Below, piece after piece: positions 1 through 11,924 of a DNA stretch of 64,000 nt; within the stretch, counting starts at the first letter, position 1; each line of letters opens with the position of its first letter. A program made the position numbers and the translations under genes. This stretch comes from Octopus sinensis (lineage: Eukaryota): NCBI RefSeq assembly GCF_006345805.1, contig NC_042997.1, positions 192,138,001 to 192,202,000 of the forward strand, written 5' to 3'. The notes beneath the pieces are model-generated. The model was not told where the DNA came from, did not search any database, and saw only the letters and a list, made by a program, of their open reading frames with translations.

Positions 1-232
1 TATTTCTTTACTACCCACAAGGGGCTAAACACAGAGGAGACAAACAAGGACAGACAAAGGGATTAAGTTGATTACATCGATCCCAGTGCGTAACTAGTAC
101 TTAATTTATCGACCCTGAAAGGATGAAAGGCAAAGTCAACCTTGGCGGAATTTGAACTCAGAACGTAACGGCAGACGAAATATGGCTATGCATTTCGCCC
201 GGTGTGCTAACGTTCTGCAAGCTTGCCATCTT
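1..232 (-). mobile_element. tRNA-derived SINE, family B
   Basis: Reverse complement reads head ...GCAGAACGTTAGCACACCGGGCGAAATG..., B-box-like GAGTTCAAAT, core GCCTTTCATCCTTTCAGGGTCGATAAATTAAGTAC, tail ...GTGGGTAGTAAAGAAATA; more than 10 homologous copies in the window. Confidence 0.85.
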
Positions 233-865
233 ATATAATAGTAATAAAGAGCTGTATAACATTTAACTGATGAGTCAGCACAGTTATAGATGTACATCTG
301 ATATGTATTAGAAGCTATATAGGTTGTCTGCTACCCATGTGTTCTTCACTAAGAAGTTTACAATAAATTGTCTATTTTTATATATATCAAAGCAGGGAGT
401 ATTTGTATGGTTATGTGACCTGCTAGAAATAGCAGGGAAATTGTTAAATCGTAATCTTTCTTTAACAATGGACATATAGCATAACACTGTCTGAAAGTCA
501 AATGGGATCTAATATAGCAGTGTGTGTGTTCTCCTTTCTTTTTTGACTAGGGTACTAAGCCATGTATCTCCTCTACAGCAAGACACCTGTTTTTTGTTAT
601 ACTCTGACCTATTGATCAACTGTCACCAAGCCACCTCCCTCTATACTACTGGGGGGGTGGGTGGGGTGAGTTTCTTGGTGACCTCACTAGTACTGGTGTT
701 TGTGTAGAAGGCACCCAGTACACTCTGTATAAAAGATTGGTGTTAGGGAAGGCATCCAGCCATAGAAACCATACTGAAGCTGGCATTGCAGCTGAGTGCA
801 GTTGTCTGACTCACCAACTCATGTGAAACCATTCAACTCATGCTAGCATAGAAAAACAGACATTA

Positions 866-1410
866 AATCAAAATCAAATTTGATGACTGGCATCCGTGCT
901 AGAGGGGTGCAAAGAACACCATACGAGTGTGATCATTGACACAGTGGCTAACCGGCTTCCGTACCAGTGGCACTTAAAAGGCACCATTCGAGCATAATTG
1001 TTACCAGCGTTGCCTTACTGGCATTCGAGCCCCGTGCTAGTAGGGTATTAAGAGCACCATCTGAGCGTGATCATTGCCAGAGCGGTTATCTGGCCTCTGT
1101 GCTAGTGGCACGTAAAATACACCATTTGAGCGTGATCGTTACCAGCATTGCCTCACTGGCACCTGTGCCGGTGGCATGTGTAAAAGATTCGAGCAAGGTC
1201 GTTGCCAGTACTGCCTGACTGACCTCGTGCCAGTGGCACGTAAAAGCACCCACCACATTCTCAGAGTGATTGGCGTTAGGAAGGGCATCCAGTTGTAGAA
1301 ACTCTGCCAGATCAAGATTGAAGCCTGGTGCAGCCATCTGGTTCGCCAGCCCTCAGTCATTCGTCCAACCCATGCTAGCATGGAAAGCAGACGTTAAACG
1401 ATGATGATGA
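866..1410 (+). mobile_element. 5'-truncated RTE LINE 3' UTR copy with tandem units
   Basis: GTGGCACGTAAAAGCACC units, GGTTGGCGTTAGGAAGGGCATCCAG core, (GAT)n tail; the same sequence follows the RTE ORFs at 5151-5828 and 36111-37100. Confidence 0.8.
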
Positions 1411-1467
1411 TTAATTGTTCTATTTTCAGTTAATATTGTTAACATTGATTTTTTTTCTCTCTCTCAG

Positions 1468-1587
1468 AGTTCTTCAGTGCAGGAATCGAGTTTCAGCGGT
1501 TTTAGACCTGCAACATCAACTGCTTCATTAGCCCTGTCTTCTAGGCCACAGAGTGACCGGTTGGCAGCCATAAAGTCAGCATTTGCT
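1468..1587 (+). CDS. DDX42: DEAD-box RNA helicase DDX42 (SF3b125), penultimate coding exon
   Basis: Acceptor ttttctctctctcag, donor GCT|gtaagt; 120 nt, phase 0/0; SSSVQESSFSGFRPATSTASLALSSRPQSDRLAAIKSAFA; end matches remembered human DDX42 GDRLTAMKAAFQ. Confidence 0.9.
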
Positions 1588-1872
1588 GTAAGTATTCTCT
1601 CAAATTATCTTTTATTTTACTACAGACTGTTAACCTATATTCTTCTAACATTGTTCCTGTGCAGATATTTCTGTTACATTGCTTTACATATTGGTATAGA
1701 TTTGCACCATTTGTCACATTTTTGAGACGTGTATTGGAAATATGTTTGTGGAATTAGCAATTAGTAACTTTTCCGTAACTTACCTGGTAATTTGGGTACT
1801 ACTAAACAATTTGTCTTTAAGACTGGTGATATGTAGTTCTCAAGAAGACCTACCCAGTTTCGTTAAACTTAA

Positions 1873-2261
1873 GTTCGAGTGTGATCGTTACCTTCAAGGG
1901 TGGCACGTAAAAAGCACCATTCAAACGTGATCATTACCAGCGTCGCCTTACTGGCATGTGAAAAAACATTCGAGTGAGGTCGCTGCCAGTGCCGCTGGAC
2001 TGGCTCCTGTGCAAGTGGCACGTAAAAAAAACACCATCTGAGTGTGGCCGTAGCCAGTACCACCTTACTGGCCCTTTTACATGCCGGTGGCATGTAAAAG
2101 CACCCACTACAGTCTCGGAGTGGTTGGCATTAGGAAGGGCATCCAGCTGTAGAAACTCTGCCAGATCAGTTTGGAGCCTGGTGCAGCCATTTGGTTTGCC
2201 AGTCCTCAATCAAATCGTCCAACCCATGCTAGCAAAGCGGACGTTAAACGATGATGATGAT
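1873..2261 (+). mobile_element. RTE LINE 3' UTR copy
   Basis: Same tandem units, core and (GAT)n tail as 866-1410. Confidence 0.8.
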
Positions 2262-2729
2262 TAATTCTGGTAGAACTTTGTTTGTGTATATATTTCTCGT
2301 AACCATGTGTAACTTCCCCAAACAGCCATTTTCAGTTTTTCAGCTACCCAGCAGCCATCCATTGGCAGTTACCCATCCACAGCAATGCAGTCATCTTTCC
2401 TGTTAAACACTGATCAATGCTTATTCTACCCAGTTATTTTCTAAATTCTAAAATCACTTGCATTAAACTCTTCTTGTAAGTTAATATTGTACATCCAGCA
2501 GATCACACTGCATTACTTTCTAATTTAGATGCAGTTACACTCACAAAGTGACCCAGTTTACCAATTAGCTCACTTAGGTATTATCATTAATGTTAGATGC
2601 TTTATTTACAAACTGTTACTCAAAAAGGCACCCAGCTTAAGATGCTCTACTCATTTATACAAATGCTTCCAATGAATTTGAAGAATCAATCTTGCTTAAG
2701 CCCTTCACTCCTTATAGAATAGAGGCCAC

Positions 2730-3328
2730 CAACAACTTCTGTCCCTCTTGGTCTCGGCTCTGAAAGCAACCGCGAATCCTGAGTTGATATCTGCTCTTCT
2801 TTCCATTCTTGAGAACTCGTTTCACCCTTTTTGGATAGACTCGTGACTGGTGACGAAAAATGGATCTTCTATCGAAATGTTGAATGTCATAAACAGGGGC
2901 TTGGTAAAAGGGAAAAAACTCAACCACAACCAAGAAGGGAACTTCATGGAAAAAAGGTTCTTCTCTCTATCTGGTGGGATTGCAAAGGAGTAATTCACTT
3001 TGAATTGTTACCACCTAATGCAGTAATCAATGCTCAAGTCTGCTGTCAGCAATTAGAGTGTTTGAACCAAGCTTTGAAGAAAAAAAGACCTGCTTTATTA
3101 AATCAAAAAGGAGTGATGTTTCATCAGGACAATGCTCGACCCCACACTGCAAATATCACATCACAGAAGATCAAAGAGCTTGGTTTGGAAAAAAGTTCCT
3201 CATCCACCTTATTCTCCTGACCTTACTCCTTCAGACTACCATTTGTTTCGTAGTTTACAGAATCATTTGGGGGGCATAACTTTCGCAAGGCAGGAGGAGG
3301 TCGAAACTGACATTTCAGAGTTCTTCAT
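2730..3328 (+). pseudogene. Mariner transposase relic, 5' part (continues at 5842-6018)
   Basis: LDRLVTGDEKW, LLSIWWD, FHQDNARPH, HPPYSPDLTPSDYHLF motifs with frameshifts. Confidence 0.92.
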
Positions 3329-5841
3329 CATCATCATCATTTAGCGTCCGCTTTCCATGCTAGCATGGGTTGGACGGGTCAACTGGGGTCTGTGAAGCTG
3401 GAAGGCTTTGTCAGGCCCAGTCAGATCTGGCAGTGTTTCTACGGCTGGATGCCCTTCCTAACGCCAACCACTCCGCGAGTGTTTTTTTTTTTTTTCACGT
3501 GCCACCTGCACAGGTGCCAGACAGAGCTGGCGAACGGCCACGAACGGATGGTGCTTTTACGTGTCACCGGCATGGGGCCAGGCGATGCTGGCAACGGACA
3601 CGAACGGATGGTGCTTTTACGTGCCACTGACACGGGGCCAGACAGAGCTGGCAAACAGCCACGAACGGACGGTGCTTTTACGTGTCACCGGCACCACAAA
3701 CGGACGGTGCTTTTACGTGTCACCGGCACGGGGGCCAGCCGAGGCTGGCAACGGACACGAACGGATGGTGCGTTTACGTGCCACCGACACAGGGCCAGAC
3801 AGAGCTGGCAAACGGCCACGAACGGACGGTGCTTTTACGTGTCACCGGCACGGGGCCAGGCGAGGCTGGCCAACGAACACGAACGGATGGTGCTTTTACG
3901 TGCCACCGACACGGGGGCCAGGCAGAGCTGGCAAACGGCCACGAGCGAATGGTGCTTTTACGTATCACCGGCACGGGTGCCAGACGAGGCTGACAGCGGA
4001 CACGAACGGATGGGTCACTTAACCCTTTCGTTACCAAACCGCCCAAAGCCGCCCGAACAAAATTTTGGTTTATGAAACCAAACCGCCCAAAGCCGCCCGA
4101 ATTTACCTATTCATATTTAAATGAGAATATCAGAGCAAATCTCTTCAGTACATTCGTGAAAACACGTATTATACTTCGTAAACAGTTCAACTACAGTTTT
4201 GTACAATAATCGAAGTGTAATTTTAATTCCGTGAATTTTGGAGATTTTTTTTCCGAAATTTGTTCCTATTGTGTTTTCAAAATTTGTAATTCTGACAAAA
4301 AATGGATACGAATTTCATTATATCAAGCAGCGAGTCAGAATTCGAAGGATTTTCTACTGAAGACCTTCATAAATCTAACTCTATGACTGAAAAATAAAAG
4401 CATGTGGTATTTGATAATGAATCTGATGTTTCATTTTCCGAAAGTGAAAACAGTGAATCTGAGATCTCCGATAGCGATAAAGAAAACGAATTGGCACCTG
4501 AATGGAGTGAAAATTTAAAAACTGTTTCTTTCGGTGATTTCTCTGAAGAAACTGGACCAAGCCACAGACTTTCCCAGAAGAGTAAAGCCTTAGACTATTT
4601 CTTTTTACTTTTTCGAATGAGCCTATTTGAAATCATTACAGCGGAGACGAACCGTTACGCTAAACGTAAACAAAGCAAAAGAAACGATAGTTTGTGGTTT
4701 CCCTCAACCTTAAATGAAATTAAGACTATTTTGCCGTAAATATTATTATGGGTATCAGAAAGTTACCCAGAATAACAAATTCTATCGTAAAATTTTGTTA
4801 TATACCCAATTGAATATTAGCTAATAACCCATTTTCTATAGCGATGTTTGAACAAAATTTTAATAATTTTATATTTTGTGGAATTTACCTGTATCTACCT
4901 GCAATTAGAGTCACTTTGTAACAAAAATTATAGTATAGAATTGGTTGAGAATATTTCATTAAATTATCTTCCAAAAATCAGATTGATATATCGATAAATA
5001 AAAAAGTTATAGTTGTTTAATGAAACCAGACTAAATTTATGATTACGTTAGAAATTAATTGAAACACAAAAGGGGTGTAATTTGGTCAGAAATATAGTAA
5101 CGAAAGGGTTAACCCCTGCTTTCTGATATATGATTTGATTTTGATTGTTCTCACTGGTCTTGCCGGGTCTTCTCACGCACAGCATACTTCCATAGGTCTC
5201 GGTCTCTGGTCATTTCCTTGGTGAGACCTAGAGTTCGAAGGTCGTGCTTCACCACCTCGACCCAGGTTTTCCTGGGTCTACCTCTTCCACAGGTCCCCTC
5301 AACTGCCAGGGTGTGGCACTTTTTCACACACCTATCTTCATCCATTCTCACCACATGGCCATACCAGCGCAATCGTCTCTCTTGCACACAACATCTGATG
5401 CCTCTTAGGTCTAACTTTTCTCTCAAGGTACTTACACTCTGTCGACTATGAACACTGACATTACACATCCAACGGAGCATACTAGCTTCATTTCTCGCGA
5501 GCTTATGCATGTCCTCAGCAGTCACGGCCCATGTTTCACTGCCATGTAGCATGGCTGTTCGTACACATGCATCATACAGTCTGCCTTTTACTCTGAGCGA
5601 GAGGCCTTTAGTCACCAACAGAGGTAAGAGCTCCCTAAACTTTGCCCAGGCTATTCTTACTCTAGCCGTTACACTTTCAGCACACCCACCCCCACTACTG
5701 ACTTGGTCACCAAGATAACGGAAGCTATCAACTACTTCTAGTTTTTCCCCCTGGAAAGTGACGGAAGTTGTTTTCTGCAGATTTTCAGAGGTTAATGCTC
5801 CCGAGCATCTGCCACATACAAAAACCATCTTCCTAGTTAGC
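3329..5841 (-). mobile_element. 5'-truncated RTE (BovB-like) LINE: ORF C-terminus 5151-5828 plus long 3' UTR with ~60-bp tandem units
   Basis: YLGDQ, AWAKFREL, LHGSETWA, RRLRWYGHVVRM, GRGRPRKTW motifs; (GAT)n tail at 3329; flanked by CTTCAT at 3323-3328 and 5842-5847 (target-site duplication) inside the mariner ORF. Confidence 0.92.
4023..5108 (+). mobile_element. Internally deleted piggyBac element with transposase N-terminus
   Basis: TTAA at 4019-4022 and 5109-5112; perfect 12-bp TIR CCCTTTCGTTAC/GTAACGAAAGGG; ORF 4404-4739 has an acidic N-terminus and ALDYFFLLF..IITAETNRYA..W..ST..EIK. Confidence 0.9.
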
Positions 5842-6018
5842 CTTCATGTTGAAACCAAAAGATTTTTCCATTGATGGCATTAAAAAGAAGCTTGTAAATA
5901 GATGGAAGGAAGTCATAGATAATCAGGGAAAGTACATTGATGATTAAATTTCAATTAAATATAACATTTGATCACTGGTTTTCTTCAAAATTCGGACAGA
6001 ACTTACGGGATGACCTGA
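5842..6018 (+). pseudogene. Mariner relic, 3' end and right TIR
   Basis: DGIKKLVNRWKEVIDNQGKYIDD*; TIR ...ACTTACGGGATGACCTGA followed by TA. Confidence 0.85.
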
Positions 6019-6139
6019 TATTTAGCAATCTGTTTCAGGTCCAAATTAGTGAGTAATGACTTGATTTTTCTTTGGAAAAGTTATTGTTTTTTATCATTTC
6101 AAGATTTTTCATTGACGTATATGTTTCTATTTTATTTAG

Positions 6140-6271
6140 GCTCAATTCAAATCGAATTTTGTGGCTGCATCAGAAGAAAACAACACACAGTTAATGCACC
6201 AACCGAAAATAAGTGAAAATACGGAGTTACAGCCAGACAGTAAACGCCGTAAAAAAAGTCGGTGGGATTAA
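6140..6271 (+). CDS. DDX42: DDX42 last coding exon
   Basis: Acceptor ttctattttatttag; AQFKSNFVAASEENNTQLMHQPKISENTELQPDSKRRKKSRWD*; matches remembered human SQYKSHFVAAS and terminal KRKKSRWDS. Confidence 0.92.
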   Translation, partial: AQFKSNFVAASEENNTQLMHQPKISENTELQPDSKRRKKSRWD

Positions 6272-6418
6272 CTTTATCATTTCTATCAGTTAAGGGCAAA
6301 GTGCTTCTCTCACCATCAACATGACACTTTTTACTCAGTTACACGCTATCAACTCCTCCTGAATGGGTCAATAGTACTACGACTGCCTTTATTACAGTGT
6401 CTGTTTTGTTTCTTAGCC

Positions 6419-6424
6419 AATAAA
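6419..6424 (+). terminator. Candidate proximal polyadenylation signal of DDX42
   Basis: First AATAAA downstream of the stop, followed by a T/C-rich tract; later AATAAA sites also exist. Confidence 0.3.
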
Positions 6425-8222
6425 TCCATCAATCTTTACTTTTTCTATCACCTTCTCTCTTCTTAATCTGTGTATTTCTTACAGACCTCTCCCCTCTAAC
6501 TCACACACATAACGAATTTTTTCCCCCCTTTCTTTTCTTCATTCCTTAAAACTTCCAAAATCACCCTCTCTTCTTGATTCACCATAACATTGTAAATACA
6601 TTACAATTAAATTGAATGCATTTATATTTTCTGAAAAAAGAAAAACCAGTATAAAAATGTAAATAGGCTGCCCATTTAGGACCACCTACTTATTTTAGCA
6701 CTACATTTAGATATTATGAAGGACATAAAAAGTATAATTTATATATATCCACATCCTTGGTGCTGAGATTTCTTTTTACCCATCACCTGCTTCCATATTA
6801 ATACGTTAATCACAATCATACATTTGTTATAAGAAGTAGTTATATTTCAAATATTTAGTTTTGAAATCAAAATATTGGTTCTGGAGTCACATGTCTTTGT
6901 CCGATGTTTTTTTTTTTGTAATAATTTCTTTTTTTCATCCTAATCTGTCCCCAGATTGTTGTGTGTGAGATGAACTTAACCAGTGATTCACTAACTAACA
7001 ATATCACTTACTTGAATATTGATTTACAAGTTCTCTCAATGTTTGACTTTTAATCTCTTGATTATCTTCCTAAAAATATTGTCTTTTTCCCTGGTGAACA
7101 ACAATGAGCAGCTTGCTCTTTTTCAATATATTAGGAATGGAAACCAAGTCATATCATTTCTCTCTCTCTCATTATCGTCTGTTGCTATTATCATGCCACA
7201 CTATGTTGCTAACTACAGGTCAGCTTAAACTTCTGTTAATGTCTGTATAAGAGCAGTTATACAAAATATGAAGATAAGTTTTGATCTCTAGTTAGACATA
7301 GTGTACTAGGATACAGAAGAAACCTTTTACAGATATAATCTGACAATTCTTTTTAGCTGTTTTATGCCACTTGAAAATATTGCAGGTTGATTGAACTGCT
7401 GGTAGTATCACTGTTGCGGAACCTCATTGGAACGGAAGGATATTCTGAAATAGTGTCCTAAATGTAATTCTAGCTCCATAACAAGACTTGTACCTCCTTA
7501 AACAATACAATACTCCTGTTGTCTAAAAACAGAATTATATTCTCATGACATTTATTTATGGTTCTTTTGACTAGTTCAGCAAAAGTTAAAGGTCTCGGGC
7601 ATTGACATGACATAGTGCCAGTGATGTGGAACCCTTCAGTCAGCAATATAACATATCATTTCTCAACCATCCCTGACTTTTGATAAATAGTAATAACAGT
7701 ATGGAAACTTGTTTGTTTGTTTGTTTAGTGCCACTGCTAGCTTTAGCATTTTTATCATATCAAGTGATGGTTTTCATGCGTCTTCCAATTGCTTCGAATA
7801 GACAAGACAATTATAAATTATATTAATCTGTCTATGGTGAAAGCATTTCAGGATTATTCAATAATAAAAAAAAAACTGGCTTAGCATTTGATGAGGGAAA
7901 TATTTCTAATATATTGATAAGATATTGGAAGATTATCAGTCATAGTAACCATTTCAGTAGCCTTTTTCTATTAAGAAAAAGCAAATCCTTCAAGCATGAA
8001 ATTAAAGATTACCACTGAGGTTTACACAACAAGCGTGTGTAGATGAAGCCCTCAGAGGATTTTCAAGGACAAAAAGGAGTTGAACACAACTTAGTAATCT
8101 ATAAAGACAGTGTTCAGCTGAATTCACAACTGGAAATGTATAGATCATTTAAACCATGACACACATTCAGATTTGCAAATATATATATGTTTAGATGTTG
8201 GTAGTAATATTTAAGTGTTTAA

Positions 8223-8441
8223 CCCTTTAGTATTTAAACTGGCCATATCCGGCCAAAATAGCTAATCTGTTTTATGTTCAAACTGACCAGATCCAGGATC
8301 TCGCACCAACCCCACAATGTTATTCTACATTAGGTAATTACACCATCAAGATCTTGAAGATATGAGATAATGCACGATTAATTCAAATCAATGGGAATCA
8401 ATAGGCATTATGTTTGATGGAATAATCTGAATGCTAAAGGG
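8223..8441. mobile_element. piggyBac-type MITE (family 1)
   Basis: TTAA on both sides; TIR CCCTTTAG(T/C)AT; homologs at 9826-10361 and 12937-13109. Confidence 0.8.
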
Positions 8442-9825
8442 TTAAAGCTCTGTTTTCTTGACGTTATTAATATTCTTAAGATGGGTTTTAATTTCTCTTT
8501 ATTTAAAGCATTGACCATGTGACAGGTTCTTGTGAACCAATGACAATGTTTTGAATAGTCAGGCATAGCTGTGACATGAGGTGTCTCAGCTGTGACCATA
8601 AGGTCTTATCTAGTGACATTGTGTCTATGATTACATGATGCAATGTAGCTTATATTTAAAGTAGTAGGGTGTGATTTAAGGTAGGTTTTATTGTTTCTAG
8701 AAGGTATAGAGATCATATAGAGACGCTGCCTTATTGGCTTGAGCTAAATAGTTTTCCATGCTGACAATGTTTCAGTTGATTGACCGAAATGCAAGAGAAA
8801 ATTTCATTCAGTGGTGGTTCTGTTTGTAGCTCATTGCTACAAATGTCAACACATGTTCATTATTCAAATCCAAGTTTTGTTACAGCTCTCTGTCTAGGAA
8901 TTAAAACCTTATTTTTTAAAAAGTCCTGGACAAATACAACACTTAAGAGTGCCCTTAGCTTCTTTGATTTGAGGCTAATAGAAGATTTTAGATTGTAATT
9001 GATAAATCTAAAATCTATTCTTAATGGTTTAAGTTTTTTTTTATATTAAACACTCTAGTCTTGAAATCTAATTGTTGGCAATCATTATAGTAATGAGCTC
9101 CCAATAAACTGAATCTGGGCAGCCCAGTTTTATTTTACAGTTGTTAACCATGTCACTTCACTTCCATTACTAAAATCCTCAAACTGTCATCTCCTCTTCC
9201 CTATAAATTTGAATTACTGAATATAAAACGGAGACTCTTGTATCTCTCTAAGAACAAAAAATAATAATATCCAGTAACAAGTTTTATTTATTTTTTTTTT
9301 TTTGTCATTTTGAAATAATTTTTACTGTACAATGTAAAACAATAGCTCAATATTAGTCTTTCAGACACAATATGATGCTGATATTTCACTGTTCTTTTTA
9401 CTTTACTGGAAAAAAAAAAATGAAATAATACCTTTTGACATTTCTCAGCTGTCCTCAAATTTGTTAACAACAAATTGTAGTTTGTATTTGTTTTTAATAA
9501 AGATGTGGACTACGTGGCTCTCATCCCCTTCCCAACAATTTGATGTTATTTTCTGAATGAAAATAAGAAAATATATTAAACTAATACAAGCATGTTCTAT
9601 ATGAAAATAAATAATTCAGCCCTGACATTCTTAGAGCTGAGAATTTTAGAGTAATATATTTGATTTTGTTTGTAATTTGTTCAAATATCTTTGTATTTGT
9701 GGATTGTGTTTTATCTTTTTTTATTCGCTGGAGTTTTGTTGAACAAATCAATCCTAGTACTTACTTAAGTCTGGTGCTTATTCTATTGGTCTTTTTTGCT
9801 GGACTGCTAAGTTATGGAGACTTAA

Positions 9826-10361
9826 TCTCTTAGCATTTAAACAAGCCACATCCAGCCAAAATATTCTACTGGTTTTATGTTCAAACTGGCCAGGTCCAAC
9901 CTCTCACACCTACATCATAAACGGAAAGTGTAACCTCTCGAAAGAGCTGTTCTTCACTCCTGCTCCAGAGCGTCGGCTGCGGGGTCATTCCGAAAAGCTC
10001 TACCTGCAACGATTTCATCTCAATTGAAGGAGAGGAGCTTTCTCCGTCCGGGTTGCAGATCCGTGGAACAAGCTGCCAGACGAGATGGTGAAGATGCCGA
10101 CGACCGCTTTGTTCAAAGCCTCCCTTGACCTCAAGTGGCCTGAACTCTTTACATGAACACCACCCTGTACTTAACTCCATGTTCCCCTACATGGCCTTGC
10201 TATTTGCTTTTGAGCCAAATTAACTAACTATCCTACACTGTCATTCACAAAAGTAAACCGTCACATTGAGATCTGCAAGTTATAGAACAATGCATTATTA
10301 ATTCAAAACAATGTGAATAAATAAAGATTACATTTGACAGAGTCATCTGAATGCTGAAGGG
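9826..10361. mobile_element. piggyBac-type MITE (family 1) split by a CR1 insertion
   Basis: Left and right halves match 8223-8441 and flank the CR1 fragment. Confidence 0.7.
9914..10231 (+). mobile_element. CR1-clade LINE 3' end
   Basis: RRLRGHSEKL..*RRGAFSVRVADPWNKLPDEMVKMPTTALFKASLDLKW; (TAAC)n tail. Confidence 0.85.
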
Positions 10362-10600
10362 ATGAACAAATCAACACTGGTTACCAAGTGACAGACATGC
10401 TATCCAACTACTAATTTTACTAACAAGGCTTTGGTTGACCCAGATCATAGTGAAAACAAAAAAGACTCGCCCAAGGTCCATGAAGTTGGACTGAACCTGA
10501 AACGATATGGTTGCAAAGTAAATTCCTCAACCATATAGCCATGCTTGCACCTACTTGAATTAAATCTGCAAATAATTTTATAAATAAATTTGAGATGACA

Positions 10601-10975
10601 GGTGCAGCGTGGCTGTGAGGTAAGCAGCTTGCTTACCAACCACATGGTTCTGGGTCCAGTCCCACTGCGTGGCACCTTGGGCAAGTGTCTTCTGCTATAG
10701 CCTCGGGCCAACCAAAGTCTTGTGAGTGGATTTGGTTTACGGAAACTGAAAGAAGCCCGTTCTATGTATATATTTGTGTGTGCGTCTGTGTTTGTCCCCC
10801 TACCATTACTTGACAACTGACATTGGTATGTTTATGTCCCCATAACTTATTCTGTCGGTCTTTTGCCCAACCTCTAAGTACTAATCTTACAAAACATAAG
10901 TCCTGGGGTCGATTTGTTTGACTAAAGCAGTGCTCCAGCATGGCCGCAGTCAAAAGACTGAAACAAGAACAGAAT
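10601..10975 (+). mobile_element. Bipartite tRNA-derived SINE, family A
   Basis: Head GGCTGTG(T)GGTAAG..GGGT(T)CAGTCCC, CORE-like CCTTGGGCAAGTGTCTT, (TA/TG)n spacer, 3' half ending GTCAAA(T)GACTGAAACAAG; about 25 whole or half copies in the window. Confidence 0.85.
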
Positions 10976-11627
10976 AAAAGAAAGATAGCTTTTAAAAAGA
11001 AAAAAAGGAAAATAACAATCAGATAAAGATATTTTTATGAAGAAAATGCTTTTTTTTTTTCAATATCTTTTGGTATAAGATGACGCCTTTTCCTGCCAAG
11101 TCTTCAGAAAGGCTGACATGTTTCAGCTTGCACTGCTTTTACAGATAATTACAGTAAGTTGCATCTTGGTACTGATTAAAAAAAAAAAGGCTTTCTTTGA
11201 TCTCAATCATTTAAACAAATTTAAGTTTTTTTGGTCAAAAATGGTAAGTACCAAATTTGATGGCATATGAAACTTTTTCCCCCTCCAAAAATGGTCTTAT
11301 AAGGTTCTATATGTAAAGTTGGGCCTTCCATAAGTTAATTTCGTAATTCTGACACTCAATTTTTTAGAATATGCGCTGCTGGAATTGGGGTGTGTCATAA
11401 GCTTGTGTGTCTTTTATACCATCAAATATGTTAGTATGGTTGATTTACCTTTTGGTAAAGAATTTTGAAAGTACAGCTTTTGTTTCATTACAATGAGAAA
11501 CATTGGCAATCTGTTGTCGTTAGAGAATTTAACCAAGTGCTGTCGTTTTAACTCTGCAAATGTTTCTGTGGAATTTCATATTTAAATAATATTTAGAATA
11601 ATCATCATGTACATTCCATTGTAAGAT

Positions 11628-11747
11628 TCAGACTTGAGCAATTCGTTGTAAAGAACGTGTAGCATCTCGTAGTTTATTCACTAATGACTGTAATTGTTCA
11701 ACCGTACAAGAGAAACTTAATTCTTTTAGTTTCTTTTCACCAGGAAC
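11628..11747 (-). CDS. COMMD3: COMM domain-containing protein 3, exon 7 (last)
   Basis: Acceptor ttttttctcttcttgaaag; VPGEKKLKELSFSCTVEQLQSLVNKLRDATRSLQRIAQV*; matches remembered human EISFSCSMEQLQDLVGKLKDASKSLERATQL. Confidence 0.95.
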   Translation of the reverse strand, partial: VPGEKKLKELSFSCTVEQLQSLVNKLRDATRSLQRIAQV

Positions 11748-11924
11748 CTTTCAAGAAGAGAAAAAAAAAAAGAGGTATATTTAATACAGAAATGTTGATA
11801 AATGGCAGAATTGGTAAAGCAGTGGAGTAAATAACTTATTTAGTTACATCCCTTAATGTTCTGAGTTGCAGTCTAACTTGTGCTGACTTTACTTTTTATA
11901 ATTTTGAAATCAGTATAATAAACA

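Noticed and set aside
266-299. CTGATGA...CTGA resembling a C/D-box snoRNA in a DDX42 intron
   Set aside because: Box C lacks the leading purine, boxes are only ~25 nt apart, and there is no terminal stem
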